From: the human T2T-CHM13v2.0 reference genome, Homo sapiens
Direction: 5' to 3' (one strand)
DNA length: 64,000 nt
Assembly: GCF_009914755.1 (NCBI RefSeq)
Contig: NC_060934.1
Part shown: positions 13,125 through 26,957 of the stretch, one piece after another
Numbering within the stretch: the stretch's first letter is position 1
Layout: each line of letters begins with the position of its first letter
Made by a program: the position numbers and the translations under genes
Notes under the pieces: generated by a model
The model's input: only the letters and a program-made list of their open reading frames with translations
Told to the model about the DNA's origin: nothing
The model's database searches: none

Positions 13125-16100
13125 CTAGATTAGAACTTTTAATCTAATGTCATTCATAAGGAGCAACTAGTTTTAAGTACAACTTTTTTATCATTAAACA
13201 TTCCTGCATTTCTTTAACATCACTGAGAAAATGAGAAAGAACAAAGGAAGATTGTTTATACTGTTATCTAGCCTCTTGTCAGCCTTAGATTCTACAGATG
13301 ATAGCTAGACCAAGTTTTACAATCTTAGTACAAATCCTAAATTAGTAATGTGTCTCAAATTCTTCCTATTAAAAGAAATTGTCAAAGTCAGAAATGGGCA
13401 AAACATCGCATTTACAGGTTACATTACAAAATATTTCTCTGTATCATATTAGATATAGATTATCATTATCATACTCTTAAAACTTGAAATTATATCATTT
13501 AAAAGCAAGCTTACAGCCTTAGCAAATAAAAATTAAGAGTACTTTGATAATGATTTATAACTTTACAATTATAAAGTTAGGAAATTTCAAGGTGTTTTAA
13601 GATATTGGACTGAGGTAAATTATAGTGAAACAGATGACCTTAATACTATACTATAACAAAAAAAATCATTGTATTTAGTAGGCATTCTCCAAAAAATCAA
13701 TGACCAATCATAAAAAAATTTAATTTTATATCTGTTTACTATTGGGAATCTAATTGTGATCAAAGTCATGCTAATAGGCACCATACATTTTGGAAGTCTC
13801 AACATTTCTATTGCAGATCAAATAGCTCTCCTTGTATGTTACACAACTTGCCTCTGCCCACTGGCAAACTCTTACAGGCTATTTTGACCTAACTCATTTA
13901 CCAATTGCCCCCTGAACCCCAAGCCAGCCACTGAAGTCTGTTGAACTACAGTCATTATTGTATTTAACAAACTCTATTATGTTCCTCTACCGTATTTTCA
14001 GGTTTCTGATGACAGATGCTGTGTGTTATGCCTCACCTGTCCCAAGCACCCTGCTCAGAGCCAGACAAGTATTAGACAATCTGTAAATTTTTTCAATGAC
14101 CATTTGACATGAGACATCTATATAGTTCAGGCCATGAGTTTGAAACACGTACCATTAATATTGTCATATAAAAATTATCTTTCCTATATTAAGCAGCACA
14201 AAAATCTGGAGTCTCAACTAAATGATTTATCCAGGAAAGTGTAAACTTAATCCCTTTGACTATCTTATTCCTTTATTTAATCCATAAAGAGTAGAAGAGA
14301 ATATATGAATAAAAATTAAACTTATCCCACCTATACATGTAATACTCTAAAGCATGAATATCTCTCTTTAATCAAAATGGAAGGATAGAGGGCACTTGAG
14401 ACACTCATCAGATATGTGTATCACAAATTGCCTGTGATACTTTCCTTGCCTAACATTTAACCCAGCGCTTAGGGAAATAACATCCATTATTAGGTCTTCT
14501 ATCTCTCCACTGAGTTATGATACAATGCTTTAAGATAATCACTCTATTATTTAAATACTATTCATATGTCTTGGGAGAGATATAGGCAAAGAAATTGTTA
14601 CCTATTGAACTTTACATGGGAATTAATACAATAGTAAATCCCAAAGTATAAGACATTATTAATTTAAAACACCACTAGTGCAGAATTTGTAACATCTATG
14701 ATAAGAAGTTGATTTGTAGTTTTTTACAAACCATATATAATCACACATAGGTATACATACACAAACTCACACACAAAAGGATAATTTATGTCAAAATTAT
14801 AGAATTAGAATTAGGTTATGCTAGGCCAAATCAACTCCTTTAGAATTTTTTAAAACCTGATTTTTTTCTCTAACAATACAAATAAAACATATCTGTGATA
14901 GAAAATTAGGAAATGTAAGAGATGTCACCCGTATTTACCTTCAGGCAGATTTGACTATTGATATTTTAGTTTATGTCACTGGTGTATATACTGAGCTTGA
15001 GTCTTTTAAGTCGTTTCAGATTTCCTAATAGATTTTCTTTCCTTTTATTTCTTGTATTTCACACTTTTCATTTATTAAGCAAGCAATGACGTAATTGCTC
15101 TGAAGAGCTTTGGAAGTATGAGGTAAGATATGGCATTTCAATATAGTTGACTGTACATGATTTTTTAAAACACATAAAATGGTGTTAAGTTAGCAAGAAA
15201 GGATATTATTAATTAACACAGATAGTAAAGTCAATGATCTATTGGGAGAAGAGAACCCAAGACTTCTTGGAGGAGATAGCATAGGCTTCCCTTACCTATT
15301 TTATTGTTGATTATACAGAGTAAAGCAAAATCTATTCATGAATTCTTCTCAGGGAAAAAATAGCCTAAACTCACTATAAGAAAACAAAAAGGCAACCAGA
15401 GTCCAATGGTTTAAATCTATGTGAACCAACTATCATTGCACTATGAACATTTATGGAGGTTCTACTATTTGACACTACTGGAATTTATACCAGACTGAAA
15501 AAAACCTTAATATTTATCTGTCTTTGTGGATCCCACTTTTCAGTGGGAGAGACAGACGTCTAAGAAATAGTAATGTCAATTATAATTATGCAACAATGTA
15601 GTGAAGGCCGTGGTCAAAGTACATTTGAATACTATGAAAACAGGAGGTGGCAAAGGATTTGCTCTGCCCAAGGACTAAAAGGGGTTTTGTTTTACAAAGG
15701 AAGCCAAGAAAACCCATGAGTTAATACATTTCAAACACTGATGGATTTTGGAAATTAGTTGTTTGTGTATGTTTGGCATCCATTTACCCATACACCAATA
15801 ACTACACCCTGATTTTTCAAAGGGAACCCATCTGTCTTCTACTTTCATTCCAAATTTTGACCCATGCCTAGCCAATTAGACGCACTTTAGGCAATCCAGT
15901 TAGAGTAACTGATTCAAAGATGGCCCTAGGACCCCAGCCATTGAAATACATGTATGGGAATTGTTTGTTTTGTTCAGCTGATAGGTAAAAACCCAGTGCT
16001 GTGTATACCATAAGAAGGTAGAAACCTGCTTAGAACACAACCCAAGGATAGGACAGAAGTTACACAGAGAGAAACAGACTAAGCTCTAATGAAATTACTT

Positions 16101-17368
16101 GAGGTCCTGAGCATAGCTATGCCTAGAGCAAACTCCAATACTGGGCTTTGTAATGATATGACTTTGAGGAAGGGAGGTGTGCAAAAGATTTCCTATAGCT
16201 TAACACCCTTTGAATTAGTTTGCATTCAGTTGAAGAGTAGGAAATGCTAAGTGTTCTAAGGAGTTAATGATGAGCACCTTAACCTAAATGCAGTGCAAAA
16301 TATAAGGAGATAATGATAGCACCAAGTGAACAAAGAATAACATTTTTTCTCTAAGAAAGAACCTATATTTATAAAATGTTGTCCCCACCAACACCTGGCA
16401 TGTGACATGATATTCTGCTTTTATAACACCCCTACCAAGAATAAGAGCCTCTTTATTCATACTTCTATGAGTCATCATCACCAAACTGTTAGTGTTTGTG
16501 CTGATAAAAACCCTCCTAGGAACCCTGAATGCTTTGTTTGTTTTGTTTCAGACAGATTTTCCCCCCCTGCAATTTCTCTTATTGACATGCCAGCAGTGTT
16601 AGAGACAGATGGGCGTGATTCCGTTCATTGTTGCCTTCTGAAATGAAAGCTGCCACATAATAATTACCGGTGAGAGGGTGCCTGGTTGTGGTGTCACTAG
16701 TCGCAGCAAAATAGAGATGGGTTTATTTAATCTCCCCCTCTACAGCAGGCTATTTGTCTCATTATGGAATAGGGAAGCTACTTTTTTTTTTAAAGGGAAC
16801 AGGATAAAGACACAGCTAAGTAAAGATTTGCATGTTTTGAGTGATCGTAGAATTGGAAATTGCTCCCGAACTGGAAAGCTACCAGAAATGAACAATACTG
16901 ATTAAAAAAAAATGAATGGAGAAGATAAGAGAAAGTGTTTGCTGCTGTCAAACAGAATGGTTTTCTTTAACTTGATAATAAATCATCCTTGGGAAGTATA
17001 AGAGGGTCTTTAACTACCAACACAAATCTGGTTAATTCAATTAAGCAACTAATGACATTTAAATTAACTAGATCAACAGCCACTGTTAAAACTGGTACAA
17101 GACATGATTATAGTAGGTTATGGAGACAACAATGTTGACATTATTCACTTAAAGAATAATTTTTCAGAAAGGCCAGAGAAAGAAGCAGAATTGAGTATAA
17201 CTGAATAAAGCGTCAGCTTTTTATCACAATTGAGAAATGTGCTCACTGTACAGGACTAGAAAGAAAATTACAGGCTAAAAATACTAAGTAACAATGCCAG
17301 CTGAGTATCCCAACAATTGATTACGAACTAGTTATGTGAAACTAATTGGGTAGGAAGACATTCCCTGG

Positions 17369-17372
<4 letters not shown>

Positions 17373-17412
<40 letters not shown>
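17373..17412. repeat. (TG)n microsatellite, about 20 units (a shorter one at about 21852-21873)
   Basis: Read directly from the sequence. Confidence 0.95.
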
Positions 17413-17419
<7 letters not shown>

Positions 17420-18106
17420 GTTTTGGTGAAGGTTTCTTTTGCTGGGAGAATATGACTGCAGTCACAGAACAATGGCGGATTTAGTTCAATCACTCTAAAC
17501 AGTGGTCAACAGCAGCAGCACCATCCTACAACCTACTTAACCACAATCTATTGTTAGTTGCCATTACATTTCTTAGGCTAGCTGAATGTGTAGGACAAAG
17601 CTTAGCAAAAATTATAGCTTTCCCCAAACAACAACAAAAAACCCCACTAATTTCTCAATGAGATAGGAAGGTGAGATGCAGAAGGTTGGGCCACCCACAT
17701 ATTTTGAGAGTAGTGCATTCCAAAGCCTGTACTTTTCTAAACTGCTACAGTGATATTAGCAGGCATTTATTTAGAGAAATTGGCAAGCATGTTGTAGGGA
17801 GTCTTGAGTTGTCTAAGAAGAAAAATCAAAACAAAAATTAAAAATAAAAGAAACAAACAACATCAGAAGATGGTATATGCATTGGATAAAGAGCCTACGG
17901 TTTTCTAGCAGCTGTAATGGGTCTGGGAGTTTCTTGCTTCCCACTCATTGCACAGACACACCCTCCCCACCCCCACCCCCGCCCTCCCCTTGGTGATCCT
18001 AAGGCAGTGGCCCATCAAGTATATGGGATTCCTATTGGGACAAGGACTGACTATGGAAGTTCTATCTCTTGTAATGATGCTTCCTAGAAGTTGGATTCGA
18101 GAAAGG

Positions 18107-18339
18107 ATCCCAGCCTTTATCAGGAGGCCAATCTCTCTTCTTTTCAATGGCTTTGTTATCAAAGCCAGAAAATTAGTGCTTACACACTGTAAGCCTCATG
18201 CAATCACTGAGTAAATCATGCTGAATTGCGAGTTAGCTATATTTTCTAAATTTGTATCCAGTGGCATCAATTGTCATCACAATCAGTTTGTAAAGGCATT
18301 TCCCTGCCAGTGATTTTTAAGCCTGACTGCACAAGAATC
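18107..18339 (+). repeat. Left arm of a long inverted repeat (partner 21282-21516)
   Basis: 18107-18334 equals the reverse complement of 21289-21516 with 6 substitutions in 228 bp (manual alignment). Confidence 0.97.
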
Positions 18340-20984
18340 TGGAACTTGGAGTCCACTGGTGGATCATATAATTAGTGTGTTAGCAAAACAAAGGCATGCT
18401 CTTTGCCGGTTTAAATCCAACCCTAAGATCAACCCAAGCCCTTTTCCGTTCCCCAATCATCTCTTTATGATCATCTCTCCTTTCTCGAAATGTTTTTAAC
18501 ATGTAATGTTCATGTTCAAACCCGTCCCCATTCCAGAACAAACAACAAAATCATGTGTTCTGCCAGCAATTCTGACGTTTACTAGGACCAGCATTCCTCA
18601 GGCTACTCAGGCTTAAAAAAAATGTATGGCCTTTGATTCCTATTTCTCACTATTGCTTACTTTTATCTAACCATTTGCTAAGCATTATCAGTTCTACTAT
18701 TGCAATTTTTCTTATATTTTTCTATTATTTACAACCTCATGTACTACTTCAAGAGCTTTCTCACTTACCTATCTCTTTTTAGTCTCTTCTACTGTAATAT
18801 GGTATAGGTCACACACTTAAAAAAATAAATGGATGTATGAATATTCATCTCAGAAACTTTTTCTGGTTCACAATTACCCTCAACAATTGCTCCCCATTCA
18901 TTTAACCTTCTCTCATTTCTACCATTTGTTACGAAACTTTTAAGTGACAGTAATTTTTGGACTATATCACTGATGAGCCCACTATTCCCTAGGAAAAAGT
19001 ACAGAGAGCTATGTGGGTTTTTTGAGCATTTTCTCATTTTAATTTTTCATGATTGATTGTTTTGACTTCTTCAAATGTTTAATGTTCATTCTCCTTGAGT
19101 AAATTTTTTAAAGCATATAAAAATGTATTAACCATGAGATGAGAAAACAGAAAAAAAAAAACAGATCTGCATTACTACGAAATGCAGATCTCATCAAAGA
19201 GGTATTGAGTAAAACTTGCTTAAATGGTGACAGGTTGAAAAAAATCTTACCCTAAACATAGTAGTTGGAATAGATTAGGGTTTTGCTGGAGTGAATTAGG
19301 CTTCATGCACAATCAAGTATATGCTTTATCATTTGCTTTGCTGTGACCAAATCTTGAGCCAACAAGAAAGGAAGAGGTAGTTTCTGCACAGAAATTTTTC
19401 ATGGTTTTTACAGTTATCCAGTTTCTGAAAATACAGGTTCTCTCTTTTTATTCCAACTTCCGAGCACTTAGAATCCCATTTGGTTTTGATTAACTCCCAC
19501 ATTTCCACCTGCCTGCAAGATGGCTCTGTTCTGAATACCTCCAATTGAACACAGTCAAATTCAATTTACCACATCTCCACCATAAATCATCTCTTCCTTG
19601 AGAATTCCCAAGTTTTGTGCATGGGTCCCACCTTTGCTCAAAGCTTTCTGTGGCTCCATTGTCAAAGGTATTAGGTCTAAGTTAAATAATGTGTGAACAG
19701 GTTTATTAAACAGCAAACAAGTATGGCATTGACAGACTCATCACCACCTTTGACTTATTTCCAAGTTTTGGCATGTTCCTTAAAATCAGTAATGAATATA
19801 AGATGCACATACATCTATAATCACCTTCTAGGGCTATGTTAAACTAGGCAAAGCAAAAAATATAATAATAATTTAAATAAAGAAAAATACTTGACCTTAT
19901 ATGGAACCATAATAATTCCTAACAATTACATGCTACTTGCACTTTGCCAGGTCACTGCTCTAAGAGGTTTACCTATATGAACTCACTTAATCATTCCAAC
20001 AACCCTATGTAATGAGTGTAATAAAAGAAAAATACCACAGTTTCCACCCTTTCTAATATATCCGCCACTGTCGGATTAATTTTTCCAAATCATAGCTGAG
20101 AGCATAGCACTTATCTCTTATAACTTTAAATATGTTTCTATTGATTAATAAATAATTTCAACTGCCCAACCTGAAATTCACAGTCCTGCACGTTCTGACT
20201 CTAACTTTCCTGCCTGTCACCTTCGACTCTGCTACTATAGCTCCATACTGCTGGCTTCTATCTATAAACATATCCAGTGCTTTCCTGCTTCCACATTTTT
20301 TCCCCATACTTTTCCTTCTACTTCTCCTAGATCTGCAAAATGAAATTATACATAGACTTTAGCTATCAGTTTTTGTCACCAGTTTTTTTTCTGAAGATTT
20401 TAATTAACTCACCTGCATTTGACCTCCCCATCTATGAAACCTAATATATTGTTGCAAATCTCTTAGCATTTACCATATTCCCCCTTGAAATTCAGCAATT
20501 TATGAGTATATTTTTCTACACTATGTTGAAATTTCATTGAAAAAGAGTATTTGCCACTTTTCTCTTTTTTTTCAGAACAGAATGAAATAAGTTGATGAAT
20601 AAAAAATAATTAGAACAGTGTCTTACACATGGTAAATGCTCAATGAATAAAAGGCACTATTAGCTAGAGAAACTATTCAATTTTCATGAGAATCCAGCAG
20701 CACCATGGTCCTTTGACTTAAGTGCCGTTTTTCCCATTTTAGAAGTGGAGAAGCTGCATCTCAGGCAGGTTAAATGACATTTCCGTATTTTTATATGGCA
20801 AATGGTAGTACAAGCAAGGTTTTGAACAATACCTTTTTGATCATAAGACTAATGCTTTCTTTAGTATATTTTGCCATCTGTCAACACAGTGGTTCTCATT
20901 TATTAAATTCATTACTGGATTCTGAGACTAAATTAAGTATTAATATGTTGTTAATTTGAAGTATTAATGTCAGGTCAAGCCTAG

Positions 20985-21155
20985 CTTAGTGCCTCTGGTT
21001 ATAAATAAAGTTTTATTGAGATACAGCCATATCCATTTGTCTACATATTGTGCATGTTTGCATTTATGGCACAGTAGCTGTGACAGAGAGCCATACAGAC
21101 TAAAATATTTCCCATTTGGACATTTATAGAAAAAAATTTCTGATCTTTGTTCTAT
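20985..21155. mobile_element. MER58A (hAT-Charlie MITE) fragment
   Basis: ATAAATAAAGTTTTATTGAGATACAGCCAT...GACAGAGA...CTAAAATATTT...TTTATAGAAAAAAATTTCTGATC. Confidence 0.75.
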
Positions 21156-21157
21156 GT

Positions 21158-21316
21158 CCATGATTCTCAACCCTGATAGACATTTAGAATCACCTACTGT
21201 GGAGTTCCACCTCTTGAGTGCTTATTAAATTGATACAGAATGGGAACCTGTGCATTTGTGGTTTTTAAAAACCTTGCAGTTGATTCTATTGTGCAGTCAG
21301 GCTTAAAAATCACTGG
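21158..21316. mobile_element. MER5 (probably MER5B) MITE
   Basis: GATTCTCAACCCTG...TTAGAATCACCT...TGATTCTATTGTGCAGTCAGGCTTAAAAATCACTG. Confidence 0.7.
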
Positions 21317-21516
21317 CAGGGAAATGCCTTTACAAACTGATTGTGATGACAATTGATGCCACTGGATACAAATTTAGAAGATATAGCTAACTGGCAATTC
21401 AGCATGATTTACTCAGTGATTGCATGAGGTTTACAATGTGTAAGCACTAATTTTCTGGCTTTGATAACAAAGCCATTGAAAAGAGGAGAGATTGACCTCC
21501 TGATAAAGGCTGGGAT
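21282..21516 (-). repeat. Right arm of the long inverted repeat (partner 18107-18339)
   Basis: Same alignment as the left arm. Its first ~35 bp are the end of the MER5 element. Confidence 0.97.
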
Positions 21517-24500
21517 GATTCTAACACCTACTTCATTTCCCTAAACAAAACTACATTTTATTTCAGAGGATCAAAGGCAGTTAATTAGAAGATTATTTGT
21601 GCCTTGATTAGAAGTCTCACTTGCTGAAAAATACAGAATGCCACTTATATTAACACAACTGAAACAAGTGGAATACAACTTTTGTGCACTTGTGTTGTCA
21701 ATTATATACATAATCAGCTTATAATTGTCACCACTGTTGTCATGACTGTCTCATAATAATGATCCTTGAATAAGTGTACATATACACACGATCTCCATCC
21801 AACATTTATGTAGGAATGTTTATAAATCATGCAATCATATTTTTTTGGCTCTGTGTGTGTGTGTGTGTGTGTGAACAACAGAGAGGCGAACTACCTAAAC
21901 ACTATGAAGATTAAGTTTTGTAGCTTGTGTCCTTCTAATTTTATGGCAATGTGATGGTCTCGGTGAACTATGAAAAGAAGTCAAAAGAGGGCAAAATCTG
22001 TAAAAAGAATGTCTCTAGAGTTTTTATACTCACCTAACTCACTAAAGGTACTTCCACCCAATCCTTCCTACAGGGTTTGTGGAGTTCCTAGTGAGGTAGG
22101 AACTACCTCTTCCTACTAGGAAGAATATTCGGAGTATGGAATAACCAGGGTTCAGAGTTTAATATCTGGTGTCATTAGAATGAGTTATGGAAGCCAGAGA
22201 GGAATAATGCTAAAGTTATACCATTGCTTTTCTAACTCAACTCTATGAGTTAGAAACTAAGCCTGTGCCTGTAATGTCCTCACAGAGAGCTGAATCCTGC
22301 GTCACTGAAAAGAGAAGAGAGGCCACGATAATAATGTGGAAAATAATGTTAATAGAAATCATTACTTTTCTCCCAGAGGTAATGGAAAGAAAGAATCCAC
22401 CCCTGGTTGCCTCTCTTGGTAGCTTCCTCCCTTTGGAGGGTGTATTAGAGTTCTAATATTAACCATCACAGGAATGATTTCTCTGGCTGTTGAGGCTGCC
22501 AAAGTGCAACTGTCATTGGTCTTTATTTCTCTCTTGGCTAGGACTAACATGTTAAAGGCTCAATGTGCCACTTGGCCTTTCTGCACTTGATAAGCTACAA
22601 GGTCAGCTACTATCTTCCATGCAACCAGCTGGGTAAGTTATTAGGAAGCCTATTCTAAGTTCTCATTCCTGCTATGTTCTTTAATCAAAACAGGCAGAAA
22701 TGAAGCCTCCTCCACTGATTCAGAATTTGGACAGGGGATGCATGTGATTAACAGTTTCAAACCCTCAACAGTCGTTTCTGGCATATTTACCATACTTCAT
22801 ATGATTCAAAGCATAGGCCCTTCATAGTAGCCCTGCGAGGTCACTGAAATTGGTACTTATTTCAAATCTCTTTTGAAAGTCTCTGGCTCTCTCCTCCTAT
22901 TGCACTCATAGAGCTGTAAAATAATCCACTGCAATTTATTTATCCATCTGTCCATCCTTGCACCAGATTTGTCCCTTTTGGCAGCACACAGGATTGCCCA
23001 AAATTCAGGCGTTCCTTCCTTAACAAGCTCCAACAGTCGAATTATCACCCCCAAGAAGTCTTCAATTCCTTAACTAAGCATAAAAGTCACAAACCTGATG
23101 GTATGGGCACACCTAGATAAAGAGAGTAAAAGAAAGTGGGACTGCCAACCTCACTCTCTAAATAAAAATTGTTGACCTGGTACCACGCGCTAGGCACTGG
23201 AGATACAACAGCAAAACAGCAGTAGTCTCTAGTTTCAGAGAGTTTACAGTCCAATGACCAAAGGGTACTGGTACATTATCTTGATTAGCCATTGGATACT
23301 CTACAAGCCCCACTTTAATGCGTTTGTTTCTTAGTTCTGTTGCTGCTCCAAACCTGTACCATGAAAAGAAGGATATATACTCATAATACTACAGCTACAG
23401 GGACGAAATGACAAAGCTTATGAAAAGGCATTTGGGCAATCATCATTAGAGGGCCTGTTTCTCATTCCTACTCTTCTCGGCTTTGTTTTAAAAAAGAACG
23501 TGAAAGGGATTTTGTGAAATTGGATGCTCTTCTTTCCCAAATCACAAAACCAGAAAACTGCCCCTCATATATAAAAAAGCAGCTCATTCATCCCCATGGC
23601 ACCTCATGATAAAAACAGAATTTATAACTTAAGGTAGAAATACAGTAGTAGGAATAAACTTTTAAAAGTAAAAATTATGTTTCCATTTAACTGACTTATG
23701 GAAGAATTATCAGGGGAAAAAAAAGATAACGAAAACAAGACAGAGAAAATAGCCAGAATTGTTTCAAAACATTATAGAACATTTTTAAAGAGATAGCCCT
23801 GAAGCATCAAAGGCTGTTTAAGATTCAGCAATTAAATAAACACAATTTGTACAACACTCTGAATTATTATTATCTCGGTAATGAGGAACATTTTTCAGAG
23901 ATTTGTTCTGCATTAATATACTGGAAAACAGATGGTCATAATAATTTTAAGAACACATCAGGAGTTAATTTTGACCTCGGCTTGCTTCATACATCACAAA
24001 TCACAGATCCTTAACATCGGAGTTTGAGTGCAAATTCTGTCTTTTTATGTTCTTTTCTTTTTTAAAAAAATCATAAGCTCCAAGATTTCCTTCTTGAAAG
24101 AATTCATCAATCTCTCATAGTTTGGAGACACAGAAGGAAATTCGGAAGAATTCTAATCAGTTTGGGTATTAAATAATTGCAATGAATATTGTAATCTTTG
24201 CTAACTTAGTCATTATCACTGATTTGCTTTTCTTAATAAGCCAAAACACAGGTATCAAATTATATAGTTCATAGTATACTGGTATGTTAACAACGTATTA
24301 GTGCAGTTTTTATATTTTGGGAGGTTGTTTCCTGAATCTGACTTTCATCACGGTGTTCTTCTTATAGTTTCTAAAACCGAAGGTCTGAAACCAATAATGT
24401 TACATTTCAAAGAGCATGCAAAAAATAAAGCCCTGCTATTTCTCAGCTGAATGTCATTCAAAAAGTTACTTAATTTCTCTGAAGATTTCCCATCTATAAA

Positions 24501-24524
24501 ATAAGTACAAAAGTACCTCCCTAA

Positions 24525-24978
<454 letters not shown>

Positions 24979-26220
24979 TTAATCTTTATATAAAGAAAGA
25001 TAATTTTGCTAAAAGGTATCTGGATTCTGAAAAAATGCTAGAAACAAAATTATCCATGGTTCTTACACTGAATTCAGGTTTTGGACGTGAGATGTGAGTT
25101 TTGGCACCAGGTGTGACAATGGTTAATAGCTGCCAAGACACTGCTGCTGCACTCTAAATATATTACCATTTGCCCATGTGAATTATCTCCTCATGTTTAT
25201 TGAGAGAACAGTGCTTACCTGAAATGCTGCAGTATCATAAAATCATTCTTCAAAAATACATTCTGGTTGAAGGGGCGATATTTCAGTCAGACAAGATTCT
25301 CAGGCTGTAAGGTTTAAGTAATTAAGTCAAGTAATCAATGGGTTTTATAGCTCATAATGGATGAATTAATCTTTCACTTAAATAACCTGAGTAGCTAAAA
25401 GCTTTTGATAATTTTCTCATTATAAGATTCAGTTGTTTAAAGACAAACTATTTTCTGCAACCGACCAAGCAAACTCTGTAAATCAAGTTTCTGGCACCTT
25501 GCTATTACAACCTCATATAAATATCTTCCTTTCTGAAGAAGATTTTGGGTTCATAGAATATTCATTGTGTGCCTGGCCACTCTATCAAGAAAAAAAATTA
25601 TACATGATTAAATAGAATATATTTTTCTGCCTTATTTGCATAATAAATCAGATCTACACTGGGTCACTGAGTACTAGTTACAGCATCTAACAAGTTGTAC
25701 CTTAAACCTAACTCTCAATTTTCAAATAGAAATAATTGTAAAGGGATATAAAGTCTTTACATTGTGAAATTACAGATGGATCTTCAAGAATATGTAGCCT
25801 CTTTTAATATAAGCATTGCAGCTATGTGGTGTCATAGCAAATAATTCTACCAATTAAAACAGTTTGGGGTTTGACCCACTACACAATGGCTGATATACCT
25901 GCTTTTGAGATTACTACATATTGTGTTAGGGTATTATAGATAAAAACTTTTCTTGCAGCCTAACCTCAAATAAAAGCAATAGTATGTCTTTGCTTACATC
26001 ACTGTGTGTTCTCCCCATTTCCTGTTTGGATAAGAAGATATTAACTGCCCTATCCTCAATGGAGATGTATACCAAGATAACTAGACCCAAATCATATAGT
26101 CACCATTAAATATTTAAATTATTAAAGTATTAAGATGGAAAGTAACAATAATCCAAATTTTATCCCCATTATGATCTTATAATTAACCATTAAGTGCATA
26201 ATAATATATGAAAAAAACTT

Positions 26221-26517
26221 GTCTGGGGCACGGTGACTCACACCTGTAATCCCAGCATTTTGGGAGGCTGAGATGGGTGGATCACCTGAGGTCAGGAGTT
26301 CAAGACTAGCCTGGGCAACATGACAAAACCCCATCTCTACTAAAAATACAAAAATTAGCTGGGCATGGTGGCGCACATCTGTAATCCCAGCTACTTGGGA
26401 GGCTGAGGCAGGAGAATCACTTGAACCCAGGAGGCAGAGGTTTCAGTGAGCTGAGCTCACGCTATTGCACTCCAGCCTGGGCAAAAACAGTGAAGCTCCA
26501 TCTCAAATAATAATAAC
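26221..26517 (+). mobile_element. AluS (Sx/Sz-like)
   Basis: Full dimer with flanking repeat AATATATGAAAAAAA. Confidence 0.95.
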
Positions 26518-26957
26518 AATATATGAAAAAAATACCATTCAGGCCCTCTGTGACAATATTACAATTGAAATTTACTCTACATGTAGACGTGTACACAATG
26601 AAAAAAATATATTGAATGTAAAATACATGCATTAATAATGATGCATCTACACAGTAAAGTGGATGCTCCCAAGTTGGAAAGCTAAACTATGTTCTTCCAT
26701 TATTTCAGACACATCTGAAGACAGGTGATTCAGGTCCTCCAGAAGCCTATTTATATAATAGATCTGGTGGCCTTCTGAGAAATTACTCATCTCAAGAGAA
26801 AAGGAAGATGAGGAACACTAAGTTGGTACATGGACAATAGAACAATGCTGAAGAGGAAGATCAATCTTGAGTGGAGAAGAGTATTGACTACCCACAGCTT
26901 TATCATCCCATCTTTATAAATTTAGATCTGACAGTTAAGTCCATTAGTTATAATTTT

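Noticed and set aside
22000-23150. Slightly GC-richer stretch with short ORFs, possibly an ancient ERV internal remnant or an exon
   Set aside because: No recognisable protein motif or splice structure; it cannot be assigned without a Dfam search.
26695-26900. Purine-rich segment after TTTCAG as a possible coding exon
   Set aside because: No convincing open frame or donor pairing, and no supporting neighbouring exons.
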